DNA of 64,000 nt from an uncultured Chloroflexia bacterium. Its GTDB lineage: Bacteria; Chloroflexota; Anaerolineae; Anaerolineales; RBG-16-64-43. The stretch spans positions 42,134 to 106,133 of the forward strand of contig CAWADT010000009.1 in the NCBI GenBank assembly GCA_963780865.1. Reading direction: 5' to 3'. The notes below the pieces were generated by a model. The model ran no database searches. It worked only from the letters and a program-made list of their open reading frames with translations, and was not told where the DNA came from. Positions 61,973 through 64,000 of the stretch are shown here, piece after piece. Within the stretch, counting starts at the first letter, position 1. The number at the start of each line of letters is the position of its first letter. Both the position numbers and the translations under genes were made by a program.

Positions 61973-62902
61973 ATGTCCCAATCGAAATTCATCACTCGGC
62001 GGCAATTCATGCGCGCCGCCGGCGTAACGGCGGCCGGCGCGGTGCTGGCCTCCTGCAATCTTTCCCTCCGGGCGCCCGGCGTAGAACCGACCGCAGAGCC
62101 GACCGTAACGCCGACCGGGATTTCCCATCCGGCGGTCTCCACTTCGGTGTTCGCCAAACCCACGGTCCTCGCGCCCGTCGCCACGAAGAGCGTGCCGGTC
62201 GTGGACATGCGGCCGATCATTAAAAACATCGGGCTGCAGGTGCGGACGCAAACGGGCTCCGCGCCGTGCGCTTCCCACGCGTTTACCTTTCTCCTGGAAT
62301 ACCAGTATATCCGCCGCGTATTTTCGGATCTTTCCGAAACCTTTCTGCAATACGCTACCTTTCAAATCGAGAAGCCCGTTATGAAAGGGGGAGAGAATTT
62401 CTGGGCGCTGAACATCGGCTATCAAAAATGGGGCGTCGTGCCGCAGAACCTCGTCCCCAATCAGGATCAGGCGCCCGCCACGATTCCCATGAACGTCCTG
62501 AACGCAGGCAAGAACGGATTACGCCTGTCGCAATCCTTCCTCAAGACCTGGGATTCCTCGTCCGGGGCGACGCCGGCGCAGCTCGACCAGGCGACCGCAT
62601 TTTTGGATCAGGATGTGCCCGTCGCCATCGGCGTCCTCTGGCCGAAAAATTATCAGACACAAAAGATTGATGGGATTGACGCGATGATCGTGCCCACCGC
62701 GGCCAATAAATGGGACGTTGTCTCCGACGGGCATGCGGTCGCGCTCGTGGGCTATGGGACCGGTTCCCATTTCCCAGGCAACGGCTACTTTATCTTCCGC
62801 AACAGCTGGGGGATAAGTTTCGGGGATCAGGGATATGGGTATATGCCGTTCGATTACGTTCTGAAGTACGCCAATGATCTATGCGTATTCACCTATCCGT
62901 GA
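61973..62902 (+). CDS. Tat-exported lipoprotein, papain-like (C1) cysteine peptidase
   Basis: TRRQFM Tat motif, LASC lipobox; Q..C (VRTQTGSAPCA), GHAVALVGY, FRNSWG. Confidence 0.82.
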   Translation: MSQSKFITRRQFMRAAGVTAAGAVLASCNLSLRAPGVEPTAEPTVTPTGISHPAVSTSVFAKPTVLAPVATKSVPVVDMRPIIKNIGLQVRTQTGSAPCASHAFTFLLEYQYIRRVFSDLSETFLQYATFQIEKPVMKGGENFWALNIGYQKWGVVPQNLVPNQDQAPATIPMNVLNAGKNGLRLSQSFLKTWDSSSGATPAQLDQATAFLDQDVPVAIGVLWPKNYQTQKIDGIDAMIVPTAANKWDVVSDGHAVALVGYGTGSHFPGNGYFIFRNSWGISFGDQGYGYMPFDYVLKYANDLCVFTYP

Positions 62903-62951
62903 TCGAAGAGTGTTTCCCCTGTCTCCGGCGAGGCTTCAGTTTCGAAAAATG

Positions 62952-62983
62952 TCCAACCGCGGACCATACGGTCTGCGGTTGGA
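62952..62983. terminator. Hairpin between convergent genes
   Basis: TCCAACCGCGGACC-ATAC-GGTCTGCGGTTGGA. Confidence 0.55.
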
Positions 62984-63037
62984 TGTTCCTTGCCGGACGG
63001 AGCTTTCCGTAAAAATAACTTGAGGAGCTGCGGCGGG

Positions 63038-64000
63038 TCAGCCGCGCCGAAACGCCGCCAGGCTTTCCAAATAGGAATCCGGCATTCCGATATCGAACCG
63101 GGTGCCGTCCATGATCAACCCGTAAAAACCGGCTTCCCGGCGCAGTTTTTCCAACGCCGAGGTTAATTGAAATTCGCCCCGTTCCCGGACGTTGTTTTGG
63201 ATATGCTCCTCGAGGTGTTCGAAAACCTTCGGTTGGATGATGTACAACCCGAAGACGGTGAGGTATTCGCCCTCCGCCAGCCCCGGGGCCCGCAAATTGT
63301 TGCGCGCATAATCGGCGGTGGGTTTCTCAGCAAACTCGCTGATGTTCAGGATCCGGCCTTCCTCGATCCATACGCCGCCGACGGTTCCGAAGTTGGCGAT
63401 CTGCCCCTCCGGTGTGCTGCGCAGGCCGACGATGTTGGTCCCGTACCGGTTGTACGCTTCGACGAGTTGCGCCGCGCAGGATTTTTCTCCCTTGGCCCGG
63501 TACAAATGGTCTCCCAGCATGAGCAGGAAGGGCTCGTCCCCCACGGCATCCCTGGCGCAATAAACAGCGTGGCCGAAGCCCTCCTGCGCCTTCTGGGTGA
63601 CAAAGGAAACCCGCTGGCCGATCTCCAGGATGCGGCCGGCGAAGTCCTGGAAGTGCCGCGGCAGTTTGTTGAAGTTCTCAACGGAAACCGGATCGTTGAA
63701 AAAGGATTGAAACTCGTTCCGATCCTACGGTTGCACGACGATGACGATTTCTTCGATCCCGGCGGAGAGCGCGTCTTCGACGATGTACAGAATGGCGGGT
63801 TTGGCGATCCCGTCCCGGTCCACCACCGGGAAGAGTTCCTTCTTGGTGGCCTTCGACGCGGGGAACAGCCGGGTCCCAAATCCGGCGGCGGGAATGACGG
63901 CCTTTCGGACCCGCTGCGTGGGGTGAAGCGTCAGCGCGAGACACGAAAGCTGCAAATCCCTTTCCAGGATCCCGATCGCGGCCCGCTGATCTTCCGCGCT
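63038..64000 (-). pseudogene. UTP-glucose-1-phosphate uridylyltransferase-like domain (5' part beyond window, probably a fusion) with in-frame TAG at 63725-63727
   Basis: [42 protein letters not shown]; VVQP-TAG-DRNEFQSFF continues in frame; frame open to base 64000. Confidence 0.85.

Overview
64 kb of a GC-rich bacterial chromosome, tentatively Chloroflexota/Anaerolineae (inferred from gene content only). Left to right: (1) DUF1116-fdrA-small FdrA domain-carbamate kinase cluster; (2) a GH35-like protein whose catalytic nucleophile appears lost, coupled to an unknown gene, then a LOG-family gene and an ABC1 kinase; (3) a pgm-glgP-HAD-ackA-xfp glycogen-to-acetate operon; (4) an intact REP-associated tyrosine transposase (RAYT) followed by decayed tandem fragments; (5) a ~16 kb probable defence island (about 22.1-38.2 kb). 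The island holds a type III R-M system with a TcmP + DUF5131 pair inserted between res and mod, a small gene split by a complete IS3 element, and a RecD2-like helicase-nuclease / PUA(EVE)-like / membrane NERD nuclease trio that matches no defence system I recognise. (6) An orphan WXG100 gene flanked by palindromic repeats; (7) a lipid-catabolism block (two lysophospholipases, lysoplasmalogenase, glpK, G3P dehydrogenase-like genes, PLC-like phosphoesterase); (8) an ABC exporter, a DtxR/MntR regulator with a palindromic operator, two methyltransferases, a Tat papain-like lipoprotein and a truncated nucleotidyltransferase. Intergenic DNA is full of MITEs and REP-like elements, and two REPs sit in frame inside genes. 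Several genes carry single-base lesions (two in-frame TAG, two frameshifts, one ATT start). No tRNA, rRNA, CRISPR array or integrase was seen. Family assignments come from motif recognition, not database searches.
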